NCBI GenBank assembly: GCA_021648225.1 | Contig: JAKITE010000002.1 | Location: 5,391 to 69,390, forward strand | DNA: 64,000 nt | From: Paracoccaceae bacterium | Lineage (GTDB): Bacteria > Pseudomonadota > Alphaproteobacteria > Rhodobacterales > Rhodobacteraceae | Direction: 5' to 3' | In this document: positions 40,616-51,161 of the stretch, piece by piece | How positions within the stretch are numbered: position 1 is the stretch's first letter | Layout of the letters: the number at the start of each line of letters is the position of its first letter | Notes under the pieces: generated by a model | The model's database searches: none | The model's input: only the letters and a program-made list of their open reading frames with translations | What the model was told of the DNA's origin: nothing | Position numbers and translations under genes: made by a program

Positions 40616-40712
40616 GGCTGGTTTGGCAAATCATCGCGCAAAAATCAACTGGACAGGTTTTTGCCCTTTCCTGCCTGAGGAAAATCTGACAATTCCAAAA
40701 ATATTGCCAAGC

Positions 40713-41138
40713 CTATCGGTTAAACAGCCCTTTTATATCATTCAGCAGATAAGGGCTGGGTTCGCGGGCTGCAACATCCGGCGTGATAATTTCTTCATAT
40801 GCTTCCTGATCGCGGTCGCCATACCAGTTCAGGTTGGGGTGGCGTTCTGCATCCCGGTCAAACAGGATAAAACTGCAATCAAGTTTTAATGCCAAACCAT
40901 AACAATCAATAATATCCGAAGGGTATGGCTTGCCCGATATGCTGCGTTCGGCGGCGTCGCGCACATCGATAAACCAGCCATAGCTGCTGCCTTTTACGGC
41001 AAATGGCAGGCTGCACGGTTTTCCGATAAAGAAATTCACCGAATCCTCACCAAGCCGTTTTCGGGTATCTTCGGTTAAATGCCCTGTGGAAATATCCAGC
41101 ATATATCGAATAAAAAGCGACATCCGTTTACCATCCAA
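40713..41138 (-). CDS. Hypothetical cytoplasmic protein (orphan)
   Basis: 141 aa with no signal peptide or TM helix. It is a single gene between the convergent spacer and the ushA-like gene. The start is uncertain because three Met codons lie within the first 13 codons. Confidence 0.5.
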   Translation of the reverse strand: MDGKRMSLFIRYMLDISTGHLTEDTRKRLGEDSVNFFIGKPCSLPFAVKGSSYGWFIDVRDAAERSISGKPYPSDIIDCYGLALKLDCSFILFDRDAERHPNLNWYGDRDQEAYEEIITPDVAAREPSPYLLNDIKGLFNR

Positions 41139-41269
41139 TGATCCGTTGACTTAGGTTCAACATCCAAGGTTACGGTAAGCAAAGCGTTAATCGGGCAAGA
41201 TTGTTTGCTGTAAAATTTGCTAAAATTTATAGAAAACCCCGCCAGCGAACCGGCGGGGCAGATCAAAGA

Positions 41270-42835
41270 TTATTGGCTGATACGGCCGTCAAGATAAGGC
41301 GTATACGCCCCCTGTGCCAGCATGTAATCGGCAACCACGTTTTCAAGGCTCGGGCCATAGTCATAAGCGTTCATGCCATCGCTGGAGAACATCTTGTAGC
41401 CATCACCGCCACCGCGCACATAGTTGTTGGTGACCACCCCGTAAACCGCGTTTGGATCAATCAAGGAACCATCCGCAAGGGTGACTTCCATGATGCGCGA
41501 ACCAGGCGTTGCGTTTGCATCCCACACGAACCGGATACCGGCAACCTGCGGAAACCGCCCTGCGCCGTCTTCAACTGCGCTAACCCCGTTTTCAAGTGCA
41601 GCAATAATGCCGGCACCTGTCATCTGGAAAGTCGCAAGCGTGTTCTGGAATGGCAAAACCGTCAGAACTTCGCCCATGGTTACCGGGCCTGCATCAATGC
41701 TGGAACGCAAACCGCCGCCGTTTTGGATGGCAATGGTTACGCCCTGCCCGGCAACACGGTCAAGCATGGCGTCGGCAACCAGATTACCCATCTGGCACTC
41801 AACTGCACGACAACTGCCACGGTCTCCGTCGATCATTTCGGTGGTTTCAGCAACCACACGATTACGGATTTCTTCCAGCGGAGCCGCCAGTTCAGCAATA
41901 CGGGCAACCGCGCTTGCGTCTTCGGCAACAGCGCCATCCATGGCTATTGGCCCGCCAGAGGTCGACATGATAACACCGTCATCATCAAACACGATGTTCA
42001 GCTCGCCCAGATATTTACCATAAGCATAAGCCGAAACAATCGCGGTGGTGCCAACCATGGTCGGGTATGGGCCTTCGGCTCGGTCGCTTTCATTGGAAAG
42101 GAAGGTGTTGGTATGGCCACCGACAATCACATCAACAGCCGGAACCGCAGCCGCAACCGCCTGATCAACGCCGTAACCGGAATGGGAAAGAACGATAATT
42201 TTGTTAACGCCCATTGCTTCCAGAATGGCAACTTCAGCCGCTACTGCATCGGCAGGGTCGGTGAAAATAACGCCCGGTCCGGGGCTTGCCAGAATATCGG
42301 TATCTTGCGGTGTTAACCCGATCAGGCCGATTTTCTCACCGCCAACTTCGATCACGGTGGATTTGGCCAATTTACCCGCCAGCAATTCTTCGCCGCTGAC
42401 ATCGGCATTGGTCATCAGAACCGGAAATTCAAGCGCATCCATAAACCCGCGCAATACTTCGGGACCATCGTCAAATTCGTGGTTGCCCACGGTCATGGCG
42501 TCATAGCCCAGCAGATTCATGAATTCAGCCGCCATTGCGCCTTTATAATAAGTATAGAACAAAGTGCCTTGGAACTGGTCACCACCCGAAACAAGGATGG
42601 AATTTTCAGCGCGCGCGCGGGCTTCGGCCACTGCGGTTACCAAACGGGCCGAACCACCAAAGCATTTGCCTTCGGTATTGTCTTCGGCAGAACACGGGCT
42701 ATCGTATTTGCTGATCGGTTCGAAACGGGCGTGGAAATCATTGGTGTGCAAGACGGTCAGGCTATATTGGGCCATTGCCGCCCCTGCTGTCAGCGTCAAT
42801 GCAGCCGCCGAAAGCAGAATCGATTTATAGGACAT
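41270..42835 (-). CDS. Periplasmic bifunctional metallophosphatase / 5'-nucleotidase (UshA family)
   Basis: 521 aa from the ATG at 42835 after an AGGAGA RBS (the ORF track extends to 43042). It has a signal peptide (MSYKSILLSAAALTLTAGAAMA) and the HTNDFHARF and VGNHEFD motifs. Confidence 0.85.
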   Translation of the reverse strand: MSYKSILLSAAALTLTAGAAMAQYSLTVLHTNDFHARFEPISKYDSPCSAEDNTEGKCFGGSARLVTAVAEARARAENSILVSGGDQFQGTLFYTYYKGAMAAEFMNLLGYDAMTVGNHEFDDGPEVLRGFMDALEFPVLMTNADVSGEELLAGKLAKSTVIEVGGEKIGLIGLTPQDTDILASPGPGVIFTDPADAVAAEVAILEAMGVNKIIVLSHSGYGVDQAVAAAVPAVDVIVGGHTNTFLSNESDRAEGPYPTMVGTTAIVSAYAYGKYLGELNIVFDDDGVIMSTSGGPIAMDGAVAEDASAVARIAELAAPLEEIRNRVVAETTEMIDGDRGSCRAVECQMGNLVADAMLDRVAGQGVTIAIQNGGGLRSSIDAGPVTMGEVLTVLPFQNTLATFQMTGAGIIAALENGVSAVEDGAGRFPQVAGIRFVWDANATPGSRIMEVTLADGSLIDPNAVYGVVTNNYVRGGGDGYKMFSSDGMNAYDYGPSLENVVADYMLAQGAYTPYLDGRISQ

Positions 42836-42940
42836 GTTTTTCTCCTGTTGGTTATTATCGGGGAATGTTAGAGCATTCACAAAGCTGCGACAAACACGAA
42901 ATGCGCTTTGGCTGGTTAAATTGGGGCAAAGATCAGGAAT

Positions 42941-43276
42941 ATGGAAATTTACAAGATTTTTACGACAAATGAATGGGCCGGGTTGCACATAAATGGCACC
43001 ACAAAAGGCGCGGCGATTGACCTGACCGACGGATATATCCATTTTTCAACCGCCGAAACCGTGGCCGAAACCGCTGCGAAATATTTTGCCAATGTCAGCG
43101 GGCTGATGATTTTGGCGGTTGAATCGGATCATTGCACCGATTTAAAATGGGAAGCCTCGCGCGGTGGCATATTATTCCCGCATCTTTATCGCGATTTAAC
43201 CATGGCAGATGTGTTATGGGCCAAGCCCCTGCCCTGCAATGCTGATGGCCATAATTTCCCCGCAGGTATCTTGTGA
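42941..43276 (+). CDS. DUF952 family protein
   Basis: 111 aa with the MEIYKIFT...W...G......D..DGYIHFST...FPHLY pattern typical of DUF952. Confidence 0.7.
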   Translation: MEIYKIFTTNEWAGLHINGTTKGAAIDLTDGYIHFSTAETVAETAAKYFANVSGLMILAVESDHCTDLKWEASRGGILFPHLYRDLTMADVLWAKPLPCNADGHNFPAGIL

Positions 43277-44334
43277 AAGCCATGCTTGAAAAACTGGGCC
43301 TGCCCTTTGTGCATCGGCTTGACCCCGAAACTGCACATGGGCTGGCCTTGCGTGCCATGCGCATGGGGCTAAGCGCCACACCGGGGGTGATTACATCGTC
43401 GCGGTTAAAATGCGAAATTGCCGGTCTAAGCCTGCCCAATCCGGTGGGGCTGGCAGCAGGGTTTGATAAAAATGCGGTGGCGATTGCACCGCTGTTGCAA
43501 ACCGGATTCGGTTTTATCGAGGTCGGCGCCGCCACGCCAAAACCCCAACCGGGCAACCCTAAACCGCGCCTGTTTCGCCTTGATGCGGATCGCGCCGCGA
43601 TCAACCGTTTTGGCTTTAACAATCAGGGCGCTGATGCCATTGCCGCGCGGCTGGCGCAGCGGCCCGAAAAAGGCATTGTCGGCATTAATCTGGGTGCCAA
43701 TAAAACCAGCAAAGACAAATCGGCCGATTTTGCCTCGGTGTTGAAAACCACGGGGCCATTTGTTGATTTTGCCACGGTAAATGTTTCCTCGCCCAACACC
43801 GAGCGCCTGCGCGATCTGCAAGGCAAAGCCGCCCTGACCGCGCTGTTAAACGGCGTGATGGCCGCGCGCGACACGCTTGAAAAACCCGTCCCGATATTTT
43901 TGAAAATCGCGCCGGATCTAAGCCTGGCGGAACTGCAAGACATTACCGAAGCCGCGCTTTTGACCGGAATTTCCGGCATTATTGCCACCAACACCACCCT
44001 GTCGCGCGATGGTTTGCAAAGCCCGCAAAAGGATCAGGCGGGCGGGCTTTCGGGTGCGCCTTTGTTTGACAGGTCCACACAGGTTCTGGCCCAGCTTTAT
44101 CAATTGCTGGAGGGCCGCATTCCGCTGATCGGCGTAGGCGGCATCAGCACCGCGCAGGATGCTTATGCAAAAATCTGTGCGGGGGCCAGTATTGTCCAGC
44201 TTTATACCGCGATGGTTTTTGAGGGCACACAAGTAGTGCGCGATGTTATCCACGGGCTAGAAGACCTTTTGCAACAAGACGGATACGCCAATATCGCCGA
44301 GGCAGTCGGCACAAAAACCAAGGAATGGCTATGA
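43273..44334 (+). CDS. pyrD: Dihydroorotate dehydrogenase (quinone), class 2
   Basis: 353 aa with the GFDKN, NVSSPNT, GGLSG and IGVGGI motifs. Its GTG start overlaps the DUF952 stop. Confidence 0.9.
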   Translation: MKAMLEKLGLPFVHRLDPETAHGLALRAMRMGLSATPGVITSSRLKCEIAGLSLPNPVGLAAGFDKNAVAIAPLLQTGFGFIEVGAATPKPQPGNPKPRLFRLDADRAAINRFGFNNQGADAIAARLAQRPEKGIVGINLGANKTSKDKSADFASVLKTTGPFVDFATVNVSSPNTERLRDLQGKAALTALLNGVMAARDTLEKPVPIFLKIAPDLSLAELQDITEAALLTGISGIIATNTTLSRDGLQSPQKDQAGGLSGAPLFDRSTQVLAQLYQLLEGRIPLIGVGGISTAQDAYAKICAGASIVQLYTAMVFEGTQVVRDVIHGLEDLLQQDGYANIAEAVGTKTKEWL

Positions 44335-44678
44335 GCAATGTAAAAATCTGGCATAATCCAAAATGTTCCAAATCCCGCGCCACCATGGCGCTGTTGCTGG
44401 AAAACGGCATTGAACCAGAGGTAATGGATTACCAGAAAACCCCGCCCAGCGCTGATGAATTGCAACAAGTGATTACGGCGCTGGATATCCGCGCCATTGA
44501 TCTGGTCCGCACCAACGAGGCAGCGTTTAAGCAAAGTAACCTTAGCAAAAACAGCAGCGACGCCACCCTGATTGCCGCCATGGTTGCCACGCCAAAACTG
44601 ATCGAGCGCCCCGTGGTTCTGAACGGCCAAAAAGCCGCCATTGGCCGCCCGCCGGAATCCGTGCTGAAAATCCTTTAG
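44325..44678 (+). CDS. arsC: ArsC-family (glutaredoxin-type) arsenate reductase-like protein
   Basis: 117 aa with the [11 protein letters not shown] catalytic-Cys motif. It overlaps pyrD by 10 nt. Confidence 0.7.
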   Translation: MAMSNVKIWHNPKCSKSRATMALLLENGIEPEVMDYQKTPPSADELQQVITALDIRAIDLVRTNEAAFKQSNLSKNSSDATLIAAMVATPKLIERPVVLNGQKAAIGRPPESVLKIL

Positions 44679-44766
44679 GATATGGCATCCTCCAAATATC
44701 TTGCAACGCTTTTGCTGCTCGGTTAGCATTTGGAAAGATTTTCAAATCGTTAACCGGGGGCGCAAT

Positions 44767-45372
44767 ATGAAACATTATTACCGTATCATCACCGCACTGG
44801 TTGCCTGGGCCGGGGTTTTTTTGCAAACATGGCTGGTGATCGAAGCCGCAGCCGATGGCGGCATTCCGGACGCGATCCTGCGATTGTTCAGTTATTTCAC
44901 CATCCAGACCAACCTGCTGATTGCGGTAATATCAACTCTGTCGGTGATCCGGCCGAATGGTTTTGCCGGCAAAGCCGTCTGGCGCGGGGCCATCACGGTT
45001 TATATCGCGCTGGTGGCGGGGGTGTATCACGCGGTGCTGGCACAGCTTTTTGACCTACAAGGGCTGGCAGCTGTTGCCGATCTGTTGCTGCATACCATCG
45101 TGCCGATCCTGTTTATCCTTGACTGGGTAATATTTGCCGATAAATCGGGCCTGCGTATCAAGCATCCGTTTATATGGCTGGTTTTTCCGGTGGCGTTTTG
45201 CCTTTACTCATTGGTTCGCGGTGCAATCATCGGCTGGTATCCATACCCGTTTCTGGATGTCATAACATTGGGATACCCTATGGTAGCAGCCAATATCGCA
45301 GGGCTGGTGGCAGCATTTTTGCTGGTTGGCATGCTGGTATACTGGCTGCGGCCCAAATCCGCGCGCCTATGA
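44767..45372 (+). CDS. Pr6Pr (FAR-17a/AIG1-like) family membrane protein
   Basis: About 201 aa from the ATG at 44767, with 6 TM helices and the FSYFTIQTNLL motif. Confidence 0.5.
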   Translation: MKHYYRIITALVAWAGVFLQTWLVIEAAADGGIPDAILRLFSYFTIQTNLLIAVISTLSVIRPNGFAGKAVWRGAITVYIALVAGVYHAVLAQLFDLQGLAAVADLLLHTIVPILFILDWVIFADKSGLRIKHPFIWLVFPVAFCLYSLVRGAIIGWYPYPFLDVITLGYPMVAANIAGLVAAFLLVGMLVYWLRPKSARL

Positions 45373-46683
45373 TTTATCTGCCGCAGCTTCCAGCGCCGGA
45401 TAATAGCGCATCAAGGTTATCGCCCGCGCCACATAGCTGATTAACAATGCCAGCCAAATGCCATGATTGCCCATCAAGGGCATCAACAAAACCACCGCCA
45501 GAGCAAACACCAGCGCTGACTGGAACATGGCATTACGCATGTCGCGGGTTCGGGTCGCGCCGATAAAAATGCCATCCAGCACCCAGCTGGCAAAGCCGAT
45601 GATTGGCGAAATCACCATCCAGGGCAGATAAAGCGCCGCCGCTTGTTGCACCTCGACCGAGGTCGCCATTAGTTTTATCAGCCACATCCCGAAAAACCCG
45701 AAAAATCCGGCCATCAGCAATGAACCAACTGCCGACCAAAGCCCCGTCATCAACGCCACGCGCCGAATATCCCTGCGGGACTTTGCCCCCATCGACACCC
45801 CGATCAGGGATTCCGCCGCAATGGCAAACCCGTCCAGCCCATAGGCAGTAATATTGACAAACTGGATCAAAATCTGGTTGGCCGCCAAGGTAACATCGCC
45901 GCGCGAGGCGCTGATAAACATGAACCCGATCAAAATCATCTGCAACAACAAGGATCGCAGCATAATATTGCCGTTCACCGTGGCCATGGCCCTGATTTTC
46001 ACCCGATCGAATATCCGCACCCAATCGCGCCACTGATCGCCCTTGAACACCGCCCTGCACAGATATAATGCCAGAAAAAACCCGCTCCATTCAGCGATTA
46101 GCGTGGCAATGGCAACACCCTCCACGCCCCAGCCAAGGCCCAGCACAAACCACAGATCCAGACCAATGTTCAGCCCGTTCATCCAAAGCTGCAACAATAA
46201 CATCGCGCCGGTGCGCTCATGGGCAATCAGCCAGCCCGAAAGCGCATAAAACATAATCGCGGCAGGGGCGCTCCAGATGCGAATGCCCATATAGCTGCGC
46301 GCCATGGTTTCGACCTCTGCACTGGCAGGGGTTGCGGCAAACACACCCCAGAAAATCGGCAATTGCAACAAAAGCAGGGCAAATCCGGCAATGGCAGCAA
46401 CAATCAAAGCCCGCATTACCAAAGCGCCGGTTTCTGCCTGATCACCCGCGCCGCGCGCCTGTGCCACCAAGCCCGTGGTGCCCATGCGCAAAAAACCGAA
46501 TATCCAGTACAGCGCGCCAATCACAATGGCGCCAATGCCCACCGCACCAATCGGTGCCGCCAGCCCAAGTTGCCCGACAACACCGGTATCCACCGCGCCC
46601 AGTATCGGCACCGTGGCATTTGAAATCACCACCGGAATTGCGATTTTCAGAACGCGTTTATGGGTAATATCCCTGCTAATCAT
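45367..46683 (-). CDS. MATE family efflux transporter
   Basis: 438 aa with 12 predicted TM helices and an N-terminal PVVISNATVPILGAVDTGVVG motif. Confidence 0.8.
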   Translation of the reverse strand: MISRDITHKRVLKIAIPVVISNATVPILGAVDTGVVGQLGLAAPIGAVGIGAIVIGALYWIFGFLRMGTTGLVAQARGAGDQAETGALVMRALIVAAIAGFALLLLQLPIFWGVFAATPASAEVETMARSYMGIRIWSAPAAIMFYALSGWLIAHERTGAMLLLQLWMNGLNIGLDLWFVLGLGWGVEGVAIATLIAEWSGFFLALYLCRAVFKGDQWRDWVRIFDRVKIRAMATVNGNIMLRSLLLQMILIGFMFISASRGDVTLAANQILIQFVNITAYGLDGFAIAAESLIGVSMGAKSRRDIRRVALMTGLWSAVGSLLMAGFFGFFGMWLIKLMATSVEVQQAAALYLPWMVISPIIGFASWVLDGIFIGATRTRDMRNAMFQSALVFALAVVLLMPLMGNHGIWLALLISYVARAITLMRYYPALEAAADKS

Positions 46684-47155
46684 CCTTTTGCGGCATCAGG
46701 AAATGCCCTGTTGCCTGTGCAAACAGTTTTTGGCGATTATCCTGCCATGCCTCCACATGCACAGAGGCAAACCGCCGGCCAGAGCGGTTAACCGTAGCGC
46801 GCGCATACGCATCACGCGGCAGGCCCGAACGCAGATAATCAATGGTGAAATCAATGGTTTTGGGCATGGCACGCGGGCCGGTTGCGCCGGCTTCCATTTG
46901 CGGCCAGTAAATCGCCCATGCCAGTTCGATCTGTGCGGCAATTTCCAGAAACGCGCCGACCGCACCGCCGTGCAGGGCCGGCAATATCGGATTGCCGATC
47001 AGTTTTTGTGAAAACGGCAACATCGCGGTCAGCTCGTCTCCGCGCCGATCGAACACAATGCCCATATGTTTGATATAGGGAATGCCACCGGCAAGCTGCG
47101 CCAGCGCGGTATCGCGCCGTTGTTTGATCACCTGCACCGGTTCGGGTTTAATCAT
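46676..47155 (-). CDS. PaaI-family hotdog-fold thioesterase
   Basis: 159 aa with a [11 protein letters not shown] motif. It overlaps the MATE start by 8 nt. Confidence 0.7.
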   Translation of the reverse strand: MIKPEPVQVIKQRRDTALAQLAGGIPYIKHMGIVFDRRGDELTAMLPFSQKLIGNPILPALHGGAVGAFLEIAAQIELAWAIYWPQMEAGATGPRAMPKTIDFTIDYLRSGLPRDAYARATVNRSGRRFASVHVEAWQDNRQKLFAQATGHFLMPQKDD

Positions 47156-47585
47156 TTTTACGCCCCTCTACGGTAAATGCCCCTGCGGCCATGGCCACCG
47201 GGTCTTCGCCCTCGTCAAACGCACTGGCCCGCACAAACGCGACCGAGCGTGTAACGCGATAACATTCCGCCTTGGCTGTTATGCGCTGCCCCGCCGTGGC
47301 CGGTCGCATATAGTCAATGCGTAAATCAATGGTGGCGGTGCCGCCGGTTGATTGCGGGTGCGAAACCACCGCCGCCCCTGCGGCGGTATCCATCAATGCG
47401 GTAACAACGCCGCCATGCAGCACGCCGGTTTCGGGGTCTCCGATAAAGCGTTTATCATAGGCGATTGACATGGTGGCCTTGCCCGGTGCCACCGCATCCA
47501 CCTGCATGCCCAGATCAACCGCATGGGGCAAGGCGGAGATAAACTGCCGCGCCAGTTTTAATTTCTGATCTATAGAATCGGCCAT
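47148..47585 (-). CDS. PaaI-family hotdog-fold thioesterase
   Basis: 145 aa from the ATG at 47585 (MADSIDQKL...) with a [16 protein letters not shown] motif. It overlaps its downstream paralogue by 8 nt. Confidence 0.7.
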   Translation of the reverse strand: MADSIDQKLKLARQFISALPHAVDLGMQVDAVAPGKATMSIAYDKRFIGDPETGVLHGGVVTALMDTAAGAAVVSHPQSTGGTATIDLRIDYMRPATAGQRITAKAECYRVTRSVAFVRASAFDEGEDPVAMAAGAFTVEGRKND

Positions 47586-47693
47586 ACCAGCCCCTTGCTT
47601 GTTGCTTTTGTGGATTTGGCCACAAAGCCTTTGCAATTTCCAGCGCAATCGCTTAACTGCAATTGAGAACAATTCGCAATCGCAGGAAAAACA

Positions 47694-48833
47694 ATGCATC
47701 CCGTCAATATTTCACCCCGGTCAAGCAGCCTGCCAGAGCGCATCGGGCCATTCAAAGGCAAGCGCCTTCCGGTGGTTTTAATTCTGTTGACCCTTGCCAT
47801 TTTCCCCGGCGAAATCGGCGCATTGACCCGCGGCCTGATGACCGACGCCTATGTGCAGGTCAGCGCCTTTGTCGCAACAACACTGTTGATATTTTACGGA
47901 GTTGAACGCATTTTCAAGTTTGAGCTTGGCGCTGCGCTCAAAAATTCCAAACATTTCCAAATTCCGCTTTCTGCCCTGTTGGGCACCACGCCCGGCTGTG
48001 GTGGCGCGGTGGTTGTGGTTGCTGCCTATTCATCGGGTAATGTCAGCTTTGGCGCGGTGGTTGCCGCATTAACCGCCACCATGGGCGATGCGGCATTTCT
48101 GTTAATTGCAGTGCGCCCCGATGTGGCGATTGTTATTTTACCGCTTTCTTTTACGGTCGGTATCGCCACCGGTTTTATTGTTGATAAGTTCAACAAGACC
48201 GATTATCGCGGCACGGCTTCTGCAAAATGCGAATTTGCACCCCTGATCGGGCGATTGCGCGCAAAAGATATGCTTTTTGTGGCTTTGGTTATCCCCGGGC
48301 TGGCCATGGGCATCACTCAAATCATGCAATTTGATCTTGAGCTAACCTGGGGCATATGGCTGCCGGTTGTTGGCCTGACAGGCACGGCAATTGGTCTTTG
48401 GATGTGGTCGACATCCACCATTCAGGCCATGACAAACGTCAATGACACCCCCCTGACCCGCGCTGCCGAGGAAACCAGTTTTATCGCAATCTGGGTGATC
48501 GGGGCTTATCTGGCCTATGATTATATCGTGCTTTTTTCCGGCCTTGATCTTGCGGCACTGTTTTCATCCATTGCGCCGCTATTGCCCTTGATGGGCATCA
48601 TCATTGGCCTGATTCCGGGCTGCGGCCCTCAGGTTCTGGTAACAACCATGTATGTTAACGGGCTGATCCCGTTTTCAGCCCTGCTTGGCAACGCGATATC
48701 AAATGACGGCGACGCGTTGTTTCCGGCGATTGCCCTGAACCCCAAAGCCGCTGTTATGGCCACGCTTTACTCCACGGTTCCGGCATTTTTTCTGGCCTAC
48801 GGGTTTTATTTCTTTGCGCCCAACTTCATGTAA
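47694..48833 (+). CDS. ~10-TM putative metal(loid) exporter (ArsP_2 / 'putative manganese transporter'-like)
   Basis: 379 aa, polytopic. The motifs [12 protein letters not shown] and [11 protein letters not shown] are duplicated across the two halves, and [12 protein letters not shown] is also present. The family assignment is from memory only. Confidence 0.45.
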   Translation: MHPVNISPRSSSLPERIGPFKGKRLPVVLILLTLAIFPGEIGALTRGLMTDAYVQVSAFVATTLLIFYGVERIFKFELGAALKNSKHFQIPLSALLGTTPGCGGAVVVVAAYSSGNVSFGAVVAALTATMGDAAFLLIAVRPDVAIVILPLSFTVGIATGFIVDKFNKTDYRGTASAKCEFAPLIGRLRAKDMLFVALVIPGLAMGITQIMQFDLELTWGIWLPVVGLTGTAIGLWMWSTSTIQAMTNVNDTPLTRAAEETSFIAIWVIGAYLAYDYIVLFSGLDLAALFSSIAPLLPLMGIIIGLIPGCGPQVLVTTMYVNGLIPFSALLGNAISNDGDALFPAIALNPKAAVMATLYSTVPAFFLAYGFYFFAPNFM

Positions 48834-48879
48834 CCCCTTGGGTTGCAAGGGATAACCTTATAAGCCTCACCTTACTTAC

Positions 48880-48891
48880 GTTGACGTCAAC
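48880..48891. promoter_or_regulatory. Perfect 12-bp palindrome GTTGACGTCAAC upstream of the MerR-family gene
   Basis: Read directly from the sequence. It lies 9 nt upstream of a TTGAAA-N17-TATACA promoter-like element. Confidence 0.45.
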
Positions 48892-48899
48892 TTCCCCTC

Positions 48900-48928
48900 T
48901 TGAAAAGGTTGCCTTTTTCGAGTATACA
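48900..48928 (+). promoter_or_regulatory. Candidate sigma70-type promoter of the MerR / beta-oxidation operon
   Basis: TTGAAA (48900-48905), a 17-nt spacer, then TATACA (48923-48928), about 35 nt upstream of the ATG at 48963. Confidence 0.4.
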
Positions 48929-48962
48929 CCCTTCATCCTGTAACAAGGCTGAGGAAATTGAA

Positions 48963-49361
48963 ATGTCTGATGCAACTTTTACAATCGGCGAAATGTGTGA
49001 TGCTTTTGACGTCACCCCCCGGACTTTGCGCTTTTACGAGGCCAAAGAGCTGCTTTTCCCGATCCGCGAGGGCCAGAAACGTCTATTCACCAAATCCGAC
49101 CGCGCCCGGCTGAAACTGATTTTGCAAGGCAAACGGTTTGGTTTCAGCCTTGAGGAAATCCGCCAATTGCTGAATCTGTATCATATCGGTGACCAGCAAA
49201 CCACACAGCTTACCCGCACTTATGAATTGGCGCTGGAGCATCTGGCAACCATGGAAGCCCAGCGCGACGAGCTGGATAACGCAATCGAAGACCTGAAAGA
49301 ACAGCTCCGCTGGGGCGAAAAAGTATTACAAGACCGTGGCGTAAAAGCCGCTGCAGAATAG
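48963..49361 (+). CDS. MerR family transcriptional regulator (LiuR-like, heads an acyl-CoA catabolic operon)
   Basis: 132 aa from the ATG at 48963 after a GAGGAA RBS. It has the FTIGEMCDAFDVTPRTLRFYE HTH and a C-terminal coiled coil. Confidence 0.8.
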   Translation: MSDATFTIGEMCDAFDVTPRTLRFYEAKELLFPIREGQKRLFTKSDRARLKLILQGKRFGFSLEEIRQLLNLYHIGDQQTTQLTRTYELALEHLATMEAQRDELDNAIEDLKEQLRWGEKVLQDRGVKAAAE

Positions 49362-49370
49362 GAAAACATC

Positions 49371-51149
49371 ATGGCAATTTACACCCCCCCGCTCAAAGAC
49401 ATGGAATTTATTCTGCACGATGTGCTGAAAATCCAGGATTCAGACATCCCCGGTTATAGCGACCTTGACCGTGATTTTTCCGGTGCCATTCTGGAAGAGG
49501 CCGGTAAAATCGCCCGCGATGTGCTGCTGCCGCTGAATGCAGTTGGTGATTCCGAGGGGTGCAAGCTGGAAAACGGTGTTGTCCGCACCCCATCGGGTTT
49601 TCAACAGGCATTTGACATGATGCGGGATGGCGAATGGACAGGCCTTGGCGCTGACCCCGAATATGGCGGCCAAGGCATGCCTTATCTGGTGCATACTGCG
49701 GTCAGCGAGGTCTTTGTCTCGGCCAATATGGCGTTTAACATGTATCAAGGCCTGACCCTTGGCGCTTATGAGGCCATCCATGCCCATGCATCTGATGACC
49801 TAAAGCAAAAATTCCTGCCCAAAATGGTAACCTGCGAATGGACAGGCACCATGAACCTGACCGAACCCCATTGCGGCACCGATCTGGGCCTGCTGCGCTC
49901 CAAAGCCGAACCGCAAGATGACGGATCATTCAGGATCACCGGCCAAAAGATATTTATCTCGGCCGGTGAACATGATTTGGCAGAAAACATCATCCATCTG
50001 GTATTGGCCAAAATCCCCGGTGGGCCTGAGGGCGTTAAGGGCATATCGCTGTTTATCGTGCCTAAGTTCATTGTTAATGACGATGGTTCGCTTGGCGCAC
50101 GCAACGGGGTTTCCTGTGGCAATCTTGAAGAAAAAATGGGCATCCACGGCAATTCGACCTGTGTGATGAATTTTGACGAAGCAACCGGATATCTGGTTGG
50201 CCAGGAACACAAAGGCCTGCGCGCCATGTTCACCATGATGAACGCCGCACGGCTTGGCGTTGGTTTGCAAGGCTTGTCGCAAGCCTCGATCGCTTATCAA
50301 AACGCGGTTGAATATGCGCGGGACCGCTTGCAAGGCCGCGCGGTTACCGGCACGCAAAACCCTGACGGCCCTGCGGACCCGATCATTGTGCATCCGGATG
50401 TGCGCCGCGCCTTGATGGACCAGAAAGCCTTTGTCGAGGGTGGCCGTGCATTTTTGTTATGGGGCGCAATGCTGCTGGATGATGGCCACCTGAACGGTAA
50501 CAAGGATTCCGAGGGGGTGCTTTCCTTGATGACGCCGGTGATCAAAGGGTTCTTGACCGACAAAGGTTTTGATTGCACCGTGCAGGCCCAGCAAATATTC
50601 GGCGGCCATGGCTATATCGAGGAACAAGGCATGTCGCAATATGTGCGCGATGCCCGCATTGCCATGATATACGAGGGCGCAAACGGCGTGCAGGCGCTGG
50701 ACCTTGTCGGGCGCAAGCTGGCGACAGATGGCGGCAAACATGTGCTGGCATTTTTCGATATCGTAAAAACCTTTATCAAGGAAAACGAAGCGGATGCGGC
50801 GTTAAATGACGATTTCCTCCTGCCTTTGAAATCCGCCTCGAAAGACATGCAGGCGGCGGGGATGTATTTTATGCAAAACGGCATGAAAAACCCCGATGCG
50901 GCCTTGGCCGGTTCGGTAGATTTCATGCATCTTTTCGGGCATGTCTGTTTAGGCTTGATGTGGGCGCGCATGGCAAAAGCCTCGATTGAAGCCTTGGCAA
51001 ACGGCACATCCGACCCTAATTTCCATGAGACCAAGCTGACCACCGGCCGCTATTACATGGCGCGCCTGTTGCCCGAAACCGCATTGCGACTGGCGCGCAT
51101 CAACACGGGCGCAGATCCGGTTATGAATTTGGCGGCGGAAAATTTCTAA
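49371..51149 (+). CDS. Long-form acyl-CoA dehydrogenase (with extra C-terminal domain)
   Basis: 592 aa with the ACAD signature [10 protein letters not shown] and the QIFGGHGYI motif. Confidence 0.85.
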   Translation: MAIYTPPLKDMEFILHDVLKIQDSDIPGYSDLDRDFSGAILEEAGKIARDVLLPLNAVGDSEGCKLENGVVRTPSGFQQAFDMMRDGEWTGLGADPEYGGQGMPYLVHTAVSEVFVSANMAFNMYQGLTLGAYEAIHAHASDDLKQKFLPKMVTCEWTGTMNLTEPHCGTDLGLLRSKAEPQDDGSFRITGQKIFISAGEHDLAENIIHLVLAKIPGGPEGVKGISLFIVPKFIVNDDGSLGARNGVSCGNLEEKMGIHGNSTCVMNFDEATGYLVGQEHKGLRAMFTMMNAARLGVGLQGLSQASIAYQNAVEYARDRLQGRAVTGTQNPDGPADPIIVHPDVRRALMDQKAFVEGGRAFLLWGAMLLDDGHLNGNKDSEGVLSLMTPVIKGFLTDKGFDCTVQAQQIFGGHGYIEEQGMSQYVRDARIAMIYEGANGVQALDLVGRKLATDGGKHVLAFFDIVKTFIKENEADAALNDDFLLPLKSASKDMQAAGMYFMQNGMKNPDAALAGSVDFMHLFGHVCLGLMWARMAKASIEALANGTSDPNFHETKLTTGRYYMARLLPETALRLARINTGADPVMNLAAENF

Positions 51150-51161
51150 AAAGGTGCAGAA

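Noticed and set aside
41201-42316. 371-aa plus-strand ORF
   Set aside because: It is antisense to the UshA-family 5'-nucleotidase, which has a signal peptide and metallophosphatase motifs.
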